Assembly: GCA_965649765.1 (NCBI GenBank)
Contig: OZ287756.1
Coordinates: forward strand, 35,216,001-35,280,000
DNA: 64,000 nucleotides
Reading direction: 5' to 3'
Source of the DNA: Bispira polyomma
Lineage: Eukaryota
Shown here: positions 13,694-26,040 of the stretch, piece by piece
Layout of the letters: each line of letters starts with the position of its first letter
How positions within the stretch are numbered: the first letter of the stretch is position 1
Program-made: the position numbers and the translations under genes
The notes under the pieces: generated by a model
Databases searched by the model: none
What the model was told of the DNA's origin: nothing
What the model saw: only the letters and a program-made list of their open reading frames with translations

Positions 13694-14502
13694 TAATGCT
13701 CCACTCTTGAAATCTTCAAAACAAAACCATCTTCAGTAGTCAAAGTATTTCTGTTTAAAAAGAAAATCTAACACTGTAAACACACCAATCACTCAGTGAG
13801 AAGGGCTCTCAGGCTGAAAACTGAAAAACTGTGACATAAGTGAAACCCAAATTTAGGTTTTATTTCATTTCTATGTACTGCTTGGGTAAGAGTGCAAGAA
13901 AAACATCTTTTCAAAATGTGCAAGGTAAAGTAATGACGTGTAATATTACTTGTCTACAACAAAAAATGCAGCAAAGCTTGAAGAAATCCGAAAGGCCCAC
14001 TGAACCTTTGCAAATCAGGTCATCTCAGGTAAATGGACCAAACAATGGCTCTCCTTGTCCATCAGCATAACTGACCCAGGGGGCAGATTCAAGATAAATG
14101 CTCCAATTACACTCACCCCAGGCATTACACTAACCCCCCCTCTGTCCTTGCTGGTTGTCATGTTGTATATGTGTGGACAAGTCCATTTCACCAGTGACAC
14201 GCCAATGGTTGTAGGGACTGAACACCATGCACAGGTTACAACAACCAAATGGACACTCTAAAGAAGTTTCTTAAACTAAAACTTAAGACTCAAAGCCTTA
14301 AAATAAGGTTCCCCAAAATATCTACTCAGTGAATAAAGATTAATCTGATTAATTAGTTGAATACATTCAAAGACCTTTCAATAATGATAAATAAATGACA
14401 TGAAAAATTACGAGTATTATAGATTGTTCTAGTGACACAGACAGTCTGTGTGTTACACCCTTAATGTGGATTGACTTTGAGTTAGAACTTAATGTCACTT
14501 AC

Positions 14503-14602
14503 GAAGGAGGAGGGTACAAGTGTGTGTACGAGGGGTTGTAGGAAGTTGTGGAGGGTGCACACCAGTTGTGCTTGAGAATATCTACAGGTACACTACTGTA
14601 TA
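14503..14602 (-). CDS. Candidate internal exon of the minus-strand gene ((V)YSSVPVDILKHNWCAPSTTSYNPSYTHLYPPP)
   Basis: GC-richer island ending in donor GTAAGT at 14502; two in-frame acceptors (exon start 14602 or 14581) are phase-1 compatible with the 25617 donor; no stop codons. Confidence 0.35.
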
Positions 14603-15934
14603 CTACATAGTAACAGCTAGCTTTCCTTGGGATAAGATACTAGGGCATAATTGACAAGCATAACAGAAATTGGAAATATAAAATTCACTAATAATGAATG
14701 TATAATAACAAATGTGGTTATAATTTGTGTCTACATTATCTCAAACATGTTTTTTGAAATGTTAACTAAAACAAAAAATATTTTTTTCAAAACTGTCGCA
14801 TCTTGGCATATATCAGCATTTTTTTTTTTTTTTTTGTAAATATTTAATGTGTCTTTAAAGACCACGACTACCATATTTATGAGAATAAACACCACTTCCT
14901 ATAGAAAACCCCTTCTACCACTTTTTGGGGGGAATCACTTTGTAGATCCTCTATCATATTGTTTTGGACAGATTTCAGGTGTTTGCATTTTGGCATCTAC
15001 CATGTGGAAACAAATCACATGTACATATAAAACAAGTTTAATATATCACAAACTGTAGAGGATTTACAACAAAGAAACCAGAGGAAAGGATTCAAAGCTT
15101 TCTTTATAGTTTATGTTGGCTCTAGTATTCAAACACACATTACCTATCACCCTTATCCATCATATAATTTTTTCCTATTTTTTCTTTTCTATTGTATTTA
15201 TATATTTGATGTATTTATCTTTTTCCTTACTTTTAAATAATAAATAATTCTTCCTGCAAGAAGGCTTAATATAATCTTTCTTCAGTTTACCTTATTGCTA
15301 CTGAAATATTATTTAGCATGTGTATGTGGAGAAGACAGGTGAGGGTAGAGTTTATTTGCTTTGAAATGCAATTTAACTTAAATTATTGTTCACCAGATTC
15401 AACTTCCCATCTTTGGTGTCAAATAGCGTACCTCTCACTATTTATCGCCCCTAAGGTAAATTATTCAGAGAGCTACGTTACTACATCATTGCATATTACA
15501 CATTTACAATATCATGCACAAGGTTCACATATATCTGGTTTTCTTTCCCAATGACACCGACTGACATTGGAGTTGTTCCCACTAACCTAGTGGTCAAACT
15601 CTACCTCATCATAAAGAAGCTTTGTCAAGGTTCTTTAGCTTTAAATACTAGTGTCTTTCTCCCACTAAAACTAGTGTACCTGATTAACCCATGCAATCTT
15701 TTTCTCCAAATGAATGGAGTGTTTGTACAATAAATATGCCCTCACCTCTTTGTAGGAATTCCTTCAGTTGATATTACTACTGTGCAGAGAAGAACATAAG
15801 CCTTTATATCTGGCAAATGACCACAAGATTAAAATGCACCAGATTGTACAGAACTACCTTTGTATAGTTCTACTCAAGTGGTACAGGGTTCAACTGGTCT
15901 TGTCTAAGGCTCCAATTGCTTATGATGTACATTT

Positions 15935-16158
15935 TAATTCAGTTTACGATTTAACATGCCTTTTAGTAACATGTATTGTATCATTACAGGCAGTTTACTG
16001 ATAAAGAAAATTTGTTCGTAAAGGTTTTCTGTCTAGTAAACCACCGTCCTTTAGCAAGTCTACTGTCAACTTTCCCACATTCATACAAGGGCTGAGGTTC
16101 AAACCCACGACAGCAGAGGTGAGAGGGGAGATTGTTACCATTAGACCACCGAAGCCCC
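15935..16158 (-). mobile_element. tRNA-derived SINE
   Basis: Reverse complement starts ggggcttcggtggtctaatggt (A box) with gggtttgaacc (B box), then the shared core. Confidence 0.65.
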
Positions 16159-16447
16159 GCTTAATATCCTATAAAAGAATAACTCCAGTTATTTGAATGC
16201 ATAACCAGAAAACAAGGTACTAAGGTACTTTTACTCTACAGAAATCTCTTCTGAAACAGTTCAAACAGTTGCGGTTACAATACACTTTCAATCAACTTCT
16301 TTGAAACGATATCTTCAGCCAATCAAATTTGATGAAACAACAATTTAAGAATCTTTTCGTAAATAACAGCCTAGGGTTAATTTCCGTCAAAAGTCTCAAG
16401 CTAATACTGAGATTAAACACAAATATTGTATAAATGGAAATAATTTA

Positions 16448-16891
16448 GTGAGCGTTTCCATGCAGGCAACTTTCTGAGGCGATCAGGTGACGGCCGACGA
16501 CGATTCTATCAGTTTCATTGATTTATAACCAAGTGTTTCCATGTGAGCAACGCTGATAGGCGACAGGCAATGCCAGGCGATTTTTTCGCTACTAGGAGTG
16601 AAAAAAACCGCCTGGCATTGCCGTCGCCTTGTAAACATTGCCGATTTTTTTTAAATAACTCAAAAATTACTGAAGGTATAAATTTTATGAAAATATGGTG
16701 AGGAAGCTTATTTTATCGGGTATATTGTGCTTTTTGTTTCATCAAAATCGGTTGAGAAATGGCTAAGATATTCAGGTTTAAATACAGGTATCTATTTTTC
16801 TCAAATAATTGTATAGAAACATAAAAATTGAAAATTGCCTGTTATACGTCGGCTGGTCGCCTCACGAAGTTGCCTGCATGGAAACGCTCAC
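16448..16891 (-). mobile_element. PIF/Harbinger-type MITE (444 bp), copy 2, inverted relative to copy 1
   Basis: Same TIRs, TTA TSD, near-identical reverse complement of 13249-13693. Confidence 0.88.
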
Positions 16892-19800
16892 TTACTCAAG
16901 TTTTACGTAATTCACTCTTGCAGAGATGTAGGGACCTAGAAGTTAAACTTGTGTCTGAACTGAACTAATAAATTTTTGAAAATCTCGCCACAGGGATAAA
17001 CTTTGGGTGAGAAAAGTATTCCTTATTATTGATTAGAGTACTTTATGCTGATCTTTTTAAGTTGTCGTAACTTAAACAAGAAATTATGACACACGCGAGC
17101 CTACAACAAAGCTAGGGTTCAAGAAACCAGGCATGTGGGGAGATTCTAAGAAAAGATGATTTATGGAAGATCATAAAGGGTCAAAGAAAGCAGACACACA
17201 TAATATACAAAGCAAGACAGTGTGAAGATATATGATTTACAGGGGCACACCTGATTCTGTTTGACATAGAATTTCAGAAATAATGTAAAACAAGTGATAC
17301 TTTTATTATCAAAAATAGATTTTGGATTTAACAATATAAAAACTGAGAAGGAAAGAAAGTAAATTTATTTTAAAGATCATCCTATTTTATGCATCTTTAT
17401 TCTACATAATGCAGCAAACACTGTTTAATTGATCAGGAAACCAAGTTCTTGATCTCCGAGCTAGCAGATTCTAAGGCGCACCAACCAAATCAGAAATCAT
17501 ACTTTAATATTCTAACCAACAAAACAAGTGTTTGCCAAACAAATAAGTTTTAAGTCAGCATTTAAAAGCTATTATGACCTAAACATATGTATATGTAAGT
17601 TGTCTCTGATAATATCCTACTTAAATTCCGCACATACACCAATGTTTCTGTGCAGCTGACCACCAACAGCCAATATGTGACGACATACAGGGATGCCTTA
17701 TTTTGTTTGCATGTATCTGATGCTGATTTGCAGCACCAACTAATCCTACCATGGATAATACTTAACAAAATTGGTCAGTAGCAGACATCTAATCAGTCCA
17801 GTGACTGGACTCTAATGACCAACATCCTTTTATCAGAATACTGTTGTTGTATCTTGATAGGGATGTGCACCACGGAGGCACCATAAAAGTTAAGCATTAC
17901 CATATTCACTGAAAATACAATCATCTGCTTCTAAAATCAGCTGCATCAAATAACTACTTTTGGCTAAAGACTTCGGCTGACTGATAATCTACAATCGGCT
18001 TCCAGCTACATGGAAATCAAAGGGAAAAATTGGCTAACTGTTGCTGTATTATTGACGGCACAGAAATTCAATATGTACAATATATTGGGTGAGCTCAGAA
18101 ACATTCCAGCAAATATTCATACAAACAAACAAGCTGTTATTGTTTGGTAAGGCAAACAGGTTTCTGTGGAAAAATGTATCTTTCTGACCACTGCAAGTGA
18201 TAAATCCAAACACCATCTGTATTTGATCACAAAGGTGGCCCAAGCCCAATAGTCTTGGTAAATTAAGGGGTTATCTTTCTTCCAAGCATCCAGTCATAGA
18301 AAATGAGTAAAAATTTAAGTATAGATGAATAAAAATCATTTACAGTATAAGTCATTCATTTATATAAAAGCTCATTTGTGACAAATCCTTATAATAATTA
18401 CATCAGGAACTCACAAATCATTTACTGGTATATATAGAAGACAGGTTCTGAACAGACACTGATCCAATCTGACAAAAGAATTGCAATTACTTCTTGAACA
18501 ACAAAAACTTGCCAGTTCTTTGTTCCAAAAGCCTTATGTAGTGGCCATGCCCTCTTACTTTTTGGCTACTTTATATTGGTGATTGGAACAAAGGCAGTGT
18601 ACCTCTATTATCCAAACACAATGGGACAGGGAGATTTTAGTCAGATAATAGAAATTCATTAAAACAGAACAATCATTTTTGTTTGAAACAACAAGAAACT
18701 TAGTTCATAAAATTGAATGTTATGGATAACAGAAGTTCAGATAATAGAGTTTTTACTGTATTAGATGAATGTACTAACTGATTTCATCTCTTTGGATATA
18801 TCAACATCTGGTAATAGTTTACCACAGGTGAATGGACATCGGCATACAGTCTAATACACAAGAGTTGCTGTCAAACCTGATAACAAATCTTCATTTCCTG
18901 TGCCTTTACAACCAGTGGACACACCCCACAAGCAGACATAAAGCCACATTTCCTTTCTTATCCATCTTGATGTTAAATATCATCTGACCCAAATTGAAAT
19001 ACCTTAGAAAATTTTATCAACTCAACATTATACTATAAAAGTGCATTGATAAGTCTGTGATTGCAGAATGCTGGTCACTGCAACCCAGAGTGGCTGATTT
19101 TAGGGTTTACAAATAGCTGATTACATTATTTATTATTTGTGGCTCCTTAATTTATTTTTTTTTAAGATTTCAACATTTATTTAGCATAATTACAGGTATT
19201 CATGGATTTCCAAATTATTGGCCACACCTATGGTAATACGAGATGGGTTCTCAGATGGGTGATGGCAGATGGGTGATGACATTGGTGTGTTTTGGAACAA
19301 TATTTTGGGTGTTTCAGGTTTTTAGTAGATATATTACTAGATAACTAGCCATATTTCCATTTTCTCCATTTATTATAAAATGGGCATTGCTACATTGGCA
19401 AGAGTTTTCAATATATTGCAATGTGAGAACTATTATTGAAATGCAATATATTTCAGTTGGTCACAGTTTTATCTGTTAATTGCACAGAGACCTAATTGTG
19501 GTATAGGAATCAGTTGACTGCTTTTTACCGGTACTATGGCGGTTAAAAATCAAATTTGTACACAATATTTCATCACCTACAGCTAAATCTATACTACAGA
19601 AAACATGGATAATTTAGAACACACACAAGGGGAAAAACAAGAGCTCTCATTAAGAAAAACAATATTTTCCAATATTGATGTTGAAATCTTTACTTACTTT
19701 GCCATGTATCAATATTATTGACTAAACAACAATGACCAAAGGTCAATAACTCTATATCAACCTCTGTTTTCTCACTTTCTAACCTCTCTGTAAACGTATA

Positions 19801-21085
19801 TACAGCACAATGTTACTCCAGAAAGCCAGTTCAAAGCCTATATATTTTCTTGATGAGTGTTAAACTCTCCAATTTTGTATCTCTAAAATCATAATGTAAG
19901 CCGCATGCCAAGTTTAAGTTGCCAGAATGGATTCAATTGGACTTCCTGTCAGTGGAATTTCCAATTTTACTAAAAATAAACTATGTCAAACTGTCAATAA
20001 GAATTACTTGGGCTATAGTCTTAAGGACTTCAAGATTACTTTACCCTTAAACATACACAACATTATTATTTATTTATATTATTAGTACAGAGTAAATACA
20101 TATTTAGAAACTGAAATAATTAATTTAGTCTGTAATGACAAGATCCCTGGTCAAGAAAAGACATTTATAGATTAAATGAATAAAAAGATAGTTTCTTCAT
20201 ATCTAAAATATTCTTAAATGCTGTAAATACCAATAATTTATTTATATCAAAGGAGAGGTATATTTGTGATCAGTGCTAAATAACTCAAACCTATTTTGAA
20301 GAGTACAATTAAATTTTAAAATAAGTGGACAAACTGGTATATTGCATGGTCGACCTTATTTTACTCAAAATGCATATCTCGCATCGTAGTGATACAAATT
20401 TACAAGAAACCTTATTTTAAACATGCAAATCTTATCTCAAGTTCTGGAATTCGTTTTTAAGTAAGTCAAAGCCATATTTCAAGAAATAGCCAAAAAAAGG
20501 TCATGTTTTTGAGACTGTTTTTCTGGATTTGTCATTTAATGAGGACATGGAGAAAGAAAGCCAATGTAATCACTACAAACAGAAGGGGTTCAGCTGTATC
20601 ACAGACTAAACAAGGGGAGCAAGTTGATTAGCTTTTGTTGTGTGCAAACTTAGAAAGGACAAGATTCTACTTACACAGTCCTACCCACAAGGTACAGCCC
20701 AAAATCCCATCTTCACAGGCAGGCACAAATCTTGTTTTATCAGCCTTAACTTAACCCTTGAAAATCTACAACTACTCTGTTTAAGCTGAAAGTCCAATTT
20801 TATGCCATACTTGTTGAGGCTAGGAACACAGCAGACAAAACCCTTTCTTGTGTTCAAACTGAGAAACTACAAAATTCTATTTCCTTTACATTTACAATAG
20901 ACTCTGTATAAGTAGAACCAGTGTTGGTCGAATTTAGGTATAAGTGGAACCAGATTTGAGGTCCTGACATCAGAAATTCTATATTTTTGTAGGTATAAGT
21001 GAAACTTGGCTATAACTAGAACCAAATGCTGTAATTTTTGGAGGTTAGTTATACAGGGTCTACTGTAGTCTTGTTCAAGGCTCTA

Positions 21086-21321
21086 CTGCCTCTGGTTATA
21101 ATTCGGCCGCCAGTTGTAAATCGGCCGTCACATTTTAAATTGTAATTAATATTAATCTAGGTACAAAATAGACCATAGGATTCAAGTAAAACAATTACAA
21201 TACTAATATTCAAGGAAGTAAAGTATTGTTTAGCCAATAAATGTACTTAATTTGAAGTTGTCACACATTTATTCTATGGTGGCCGATTTATAACAGGCGG
21301 CCGAGTTATGACCACAAGCAG
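21086..21321. mobile_element. TA-flanked Tc1/mariner-like MITE
   Basis: ~45-bp imperfect TIRs (CTGC..TGGTTATAATTCGGCCGCC), TA on both sides. Confidence 0.7.
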
Positions 21322-22945
21322 TAAAAGGACAATATTCTATTTCTATTATTTTATGGTGAAACAGGTAGGTCTTTTAAAATTCGCTGAATAGGTGTCAAGA
21401 AAGCAACAAAATTAGAATGATTTCAGCAAATAATTTAACTTAAGAGAAAGATATAAACTACAGTTTATTTTTTATCATTTATTTTGTCTGTTTTTGTGCA
21501 CTGAGTGTGTCATAACAAAAGTTTACACGTTTCCAATAGCCTCATATTGTGAAGACGTTTTGTATTGAGCCTTTTCAGTACCGCTAAATCTACATGTTTA
21601 TGGTAAGTCCAACAACAAGCAAGATATAATACCTAACTGTGGAATATAACAACCCAAAATTCATATGTATACTGTCAAAGTTTAATGCAGGCCATAATTT
21701 GCATATAAGCCTCTTTTGGGGGGAAATCTAAAAAGGCGTCCTTTTTTGGTCAAGAGCCACTTGAGGTCATGCCTGTTGCCATGTTGGAATGGCTAAAATC
21801 AATACACACAACACCTGACCGTTTGACTCCTTGTTAAACAAATAGGCCGAGGTAATGAATCAATATAGAGAGATAACTTGCCTGGCATACTCCTCCCCCT
21901 TGATCACTAAAATGTTGATTTCTCTCTTCTCAACTCAAGCTATCTATCCAATATAGTCCTTAATATTATTATTATTAATATCAGAAGAACTACATTTAAT
22001 AACTTTAAGCCAGGACATCATCCAACCAGTGTTGGTTTTGTTCGTCTTCGTTGGTCAGAATATAACACAAACACTAGCGCCGAATCCACCATTTTACTGT
22101 GACCAGATAGAGCTATATAGAAATGAACACTCCTACTTTTTTTAAACATGAATAAATAGTTTCTATATAATTGTCTTGTTCAGTGTAATAAACTTTACAA
22201 CATGGCTGTCTCTGCTTTCATAAACACACACTGGCCCTCACTGACTTGCTGACAAGTGCCCTTATACTGCTAGAATGTCAACTTTATACCAATGGTAAGT
22301 TTATAGAGATCCAGTAATAACTAGCAAGCAGAGAGACATTATCAGAGACCACACAACAAACTGGCCAGTGAACTAACTGGGTCTACACATACAAACACAG
22401 TCTGCCCGTTTCATTACGTCCATTGTGTGATTCACACACGACAGTAGTAAAGTCTATGATAAAATGGTGTTCCACAAGCAAGCATAACTGAACTTGTGTG
22501 CAAATTTCAGATCGATTACAGTGATCAATTCCGTCTATCACTGTCGATCATTCACAAACTAGTATCATCTTTATTACTGTATTCAATGCATTGTTGTTAA
22601 GATATCCATGTATATGGATATGTATATAGCCATAATATTTATTTATAGAAAAGTGAGGGTGGGCTATAATAAGTGTTAAAAAGAAAATGGCTTTAACTGT
22701 TTCTATAATGTCCATTTAACATAGAATCTACTATTGATACACATCTGCAGTCGCTATAAAGTTTATTGAATTACAACAGACTTCAATTTTATTTTATGAT
22801 TTTGATGTGTTTGAATTTCATTTTTTTTAACACAATTATCTATACATAGAGAATGATTTAATGGCTGCTCTTTTGATGTCCTTGGAACAATTTTTTTTTT
22901 TAATTATCTACACAGTAAATTCTAGAACAGGTGCCCTTTGAAATA

Positions 22946-23715
22946 TAGAAGCGTTTATCAAATGATGATCCTAATTTAGGCATATTTTGAACTTTGAACC
23001 TCTATAACTCCACCAGTTTTCAACATTTTTTAAATGTTAGTGGCTCAACTAATAGGTATGGCATTTATTTATGATTCCACCAAATATTATGGCCATTGTG
23101 TGTATAAAAATATTGAATATGTTTATTTTTCAAGGATTGTCTAGTAAGATTGGCTAGTAAGATGGGCTGGTGGTCCATCTTAAGATAGGCTGGCAAGCTT
23201 ATAATCCTAAGTTGGGCTATAGCTCATCTTAAGGTTGGCCAAATTGTAAGTTGGGCTACAACATTTACAATGACAAAAATAAATCAGCCATTAAATACAA
23301 TATCCTAGAACGTATAAATAGTAAAATTATTTAGAATACATGTGTTTTTTTCATTTTTGCCTTCTTCCCTTACCTTTATGTACACACAATATTACGTATA
23401 ATACTGAATTGGCAATATTGTCCCATATTTGGCATGATATTTAAAATGCAAGCAGTACATAGTTCACACTGTCACTTGACCACAAATAGGATCATAGTTT
23501 GATCGCTGGGTTTAGCCCAATGACAGAAGGAAAAATAAACACATTAAATATTTCTATACATACAATGGCCATAATATTTGGTGGAATCATAACCAAATGC
23601 CATATATATTACTTGAACCACTAACATTTAAAAAATGTTGAAAACTGGTGAAGTTATAGAGGTTCAAAGTCCAAAATATGCCTAAATTAGGATCATCATT
23701 TGATAAATACTTCTA
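22946..23715. mobile_element. Long-TIR foldback non-autonomous DNA element
   Basis: ~170-bp inverted repeats (22946-23114 vs ~23548-23715) beginning TAGAAG; internal TAAG(A/T)TGGGCT repeats; no clear TSD. Confidence 0.8.
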
Positions 23716-23807
23716 CATGGCTCTTAGCAACATCTCTTGTACATGTATGGAGGACACACTCTACACAATATCCATATATAAACAGATTTTCCACCCAGTG
23801 TATTTAA

Positions 23808-24015
23808 GTGGATGTTTCCATGCAGGCAAATTTCTGAGCCAATCAGCAGACGGCCAACAGCAATTTTATCAGTTTCATTGATTTAATTAATATCTGTTTC
23901 CATGTGAACAACGCCGATGGGCACCGGGAAATGCAAGGCAATTTTTTCGCTCTTGATGGCGAAAACATATAATTGCTGTCGGTCGTCGCCCGATCGCTGA
24001 CATAGAAACATAGAC
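23808..24015. mobile_element. Diverged short relative of the 13249/16448 MITE family
   Basis: gtttccatgcaggcaa...ttatcagtttcattgattt...gtttccatgtga shared with copy 2. Confidence 0.6.
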
Positions 24016-24305
24016 TCATATTAAAACAACACATTTATGTTTTTATTCAATTTTCTAGTACAGTATTAAATTAATTACATTACTATTTTTGTCACTCTGA
24101 TCAGACACTGACACTTGAGTATTTACATTATACAGTGAACCCCTTTAAGGCCAATCTGAAATTATGTTTCATTCTCAGCAGACTCATGGGCTCATGCATT
24201 TTCACGAGTCATGAACTCATAAATAAGACTTCTGAGTTTCCGAGAATGCAGTATTAATCTGTATTATAGAAATCCACATAATCAGTGATGTGTTAACACT
24301 TTTAA

Positions 24306-24551
24306 CCCTAGGTTGTCAGCTAGCAGTCGACACCCCAAAAATATCTGTTTTTATTTTCCTTCAGTTCCTCACAATAAGACATTGTCAGTACTAGAGCAAA
24401 ATCTCTGTTTAAAAAGTTATACAAGGCTGTGATTGAATACAGTATTCTGTGGTGTGTGTTCCTAATCCTAATTCCAGCTATCTGTAATATTATCAAACAA
24501 TTCTTTTTCAATCTGTTCCTGTTGAGAGTTTACTCTTGAGGTTAAAAAGGG
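24306..24551. mobile_element. piggyBac-like non-autonomous element
   Basis: TTAA|CCCT...AGGG|TTAA termini; internal TIR match is weak. Confidence 0.45.
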
Positions 24552-25616
24552 TTAAACATACACTACTCTAGTAGAACAAGAATAATGTCACAATATACAG
24601 GAGGATGCTGGCCGTTTATCACAACCAGGCTTTATATAGGTTACAGTAATTATTAATAAAGGGAACAGCACCAAAATGACACATGATAATATCAGTTAAA
24701 TGTTGCCCAGGCAGGAAGAGTTATACTGCATGCAGTAAAACTATTTGATATTTTAAGGTATAGTATGCAAAGTATAGTATTTTATTAAAGTATCAGTTAT
24801 AAATAGCAACTCCAACCACATAAAAGTATCCATATTCAGTGTTATAGTGTTGTCAGTTTTATAAGTAATTCATTTTTAAATCATAGGTATTTCAACAAAC
24901 TGCTTGTAGTTTCGAAAACACGACAGATAAATGCAAGCTATTGCCCTGAAAATACCAAAGTACAATGTCAACAAATACAAACATGTTCTGTCCAACTATT
25001 TATCATTGTCCGTTCATTAAGTATGACTGTACAGAATCAGTAGAAGTCAAATTCTCTCTATAACTAGAACTAATATTCTGGTCCCAACATTCAAAACTAC
25101 TAAAGGTATAAGCAGAGATTGACTATCAGTAGACCCAAATCCTGTAGATATATTGGACATTTAATTTATGTGGTCTACTATTGTACACTATGTAAACTAA
25201 CTATTGATACTGCCAGAATTATCAAAGCTGCAATTAGTATAACTGTTGAAAGTTCAATCAACATTGAAATTCTATGTCCAATCTGAAACAGATTTATGTC
25301 CCTCAATAAGCATGCTGCAGCAGCTTGCAACATGCCAACCAGTTCCAGGACAAAAACACTCGCACTCCAACTACATATATGTTACATTGTATATTAAAAG
25401 TCATTCATTAAAAGTATGACTGTACACTGTTTTTTATAAACTGGTTGTTGATATTGGGAAAATCTCACAGCTGTAATCAGTGCAAATATTGAGTCAATCA
25501 TTGTAAGTTTTACGTCCAACCTTAAAGAGATATCAGTCGCACGATAAGCAGCTAAAAGCAGCCAACAACATGCTTAGAACCCATTTTAGGACATATACAC
25601 ACACTCTCACACTTAC

Positions 25617-26040
25617 CAGAAGGTGAGGTCCCCATGAAATAATCATATCCATAGTTCCCTGTATATTGTCCTGTAATGCCCATACTAGCCGCAATCTCAT
25701 CTACACGGTAGTGCCTGAGAAACTCCTCATCCACCAACGAGTTGACCGTATTACTTTGGATTTCTTTCACATTGTAATGTTTCATGAAGTCTTCATCCAC
25801 CAAAGAACTGGGAGTGTCGGAGGAGTTCGAATGCGTGTCTATACTCTGGTGGTTTCCATTATTGTTGCGGGCACCTCCGTCCGCCCCGCCTGAACCAGGC
25901 AGGCAAGATGAGGAGGTGGACACCAGATCAGGCGGTGAGCCGGCCGTTGATGGCATGGGAGGCGAAAGACTCGTGAGATCAATGGAGTCGACCACATGTT
26001 GACCCGCAGTAGAGTCGATAAAGTTTGTACTAATATTCAT
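25617..26040 (-). CDS. Probable first coding exon of an unidentified large minus-strand gene (141 codons, Ser/Pro/Gly/Asn-rich N-terminus)
   Basis: GC-richer open frame MNISTNF...YGYDYFMGTSPS; upstream in-frame TGA; strong phase-1 donor G|GTAAGT at 25616; duplicated motif SLVDE(D/E)F(M/L)(K/R)HY. A possible 5'UTR acceptor lies near 26575. Confidence 0.6.

Noticed and set aside
14015-14261. GC-richer ORFs with a minus-strand GTGAGT donor near 14126
   Set aside because: No convincing acceptor, phase does not fit the other exons, peptides unrecognisable.
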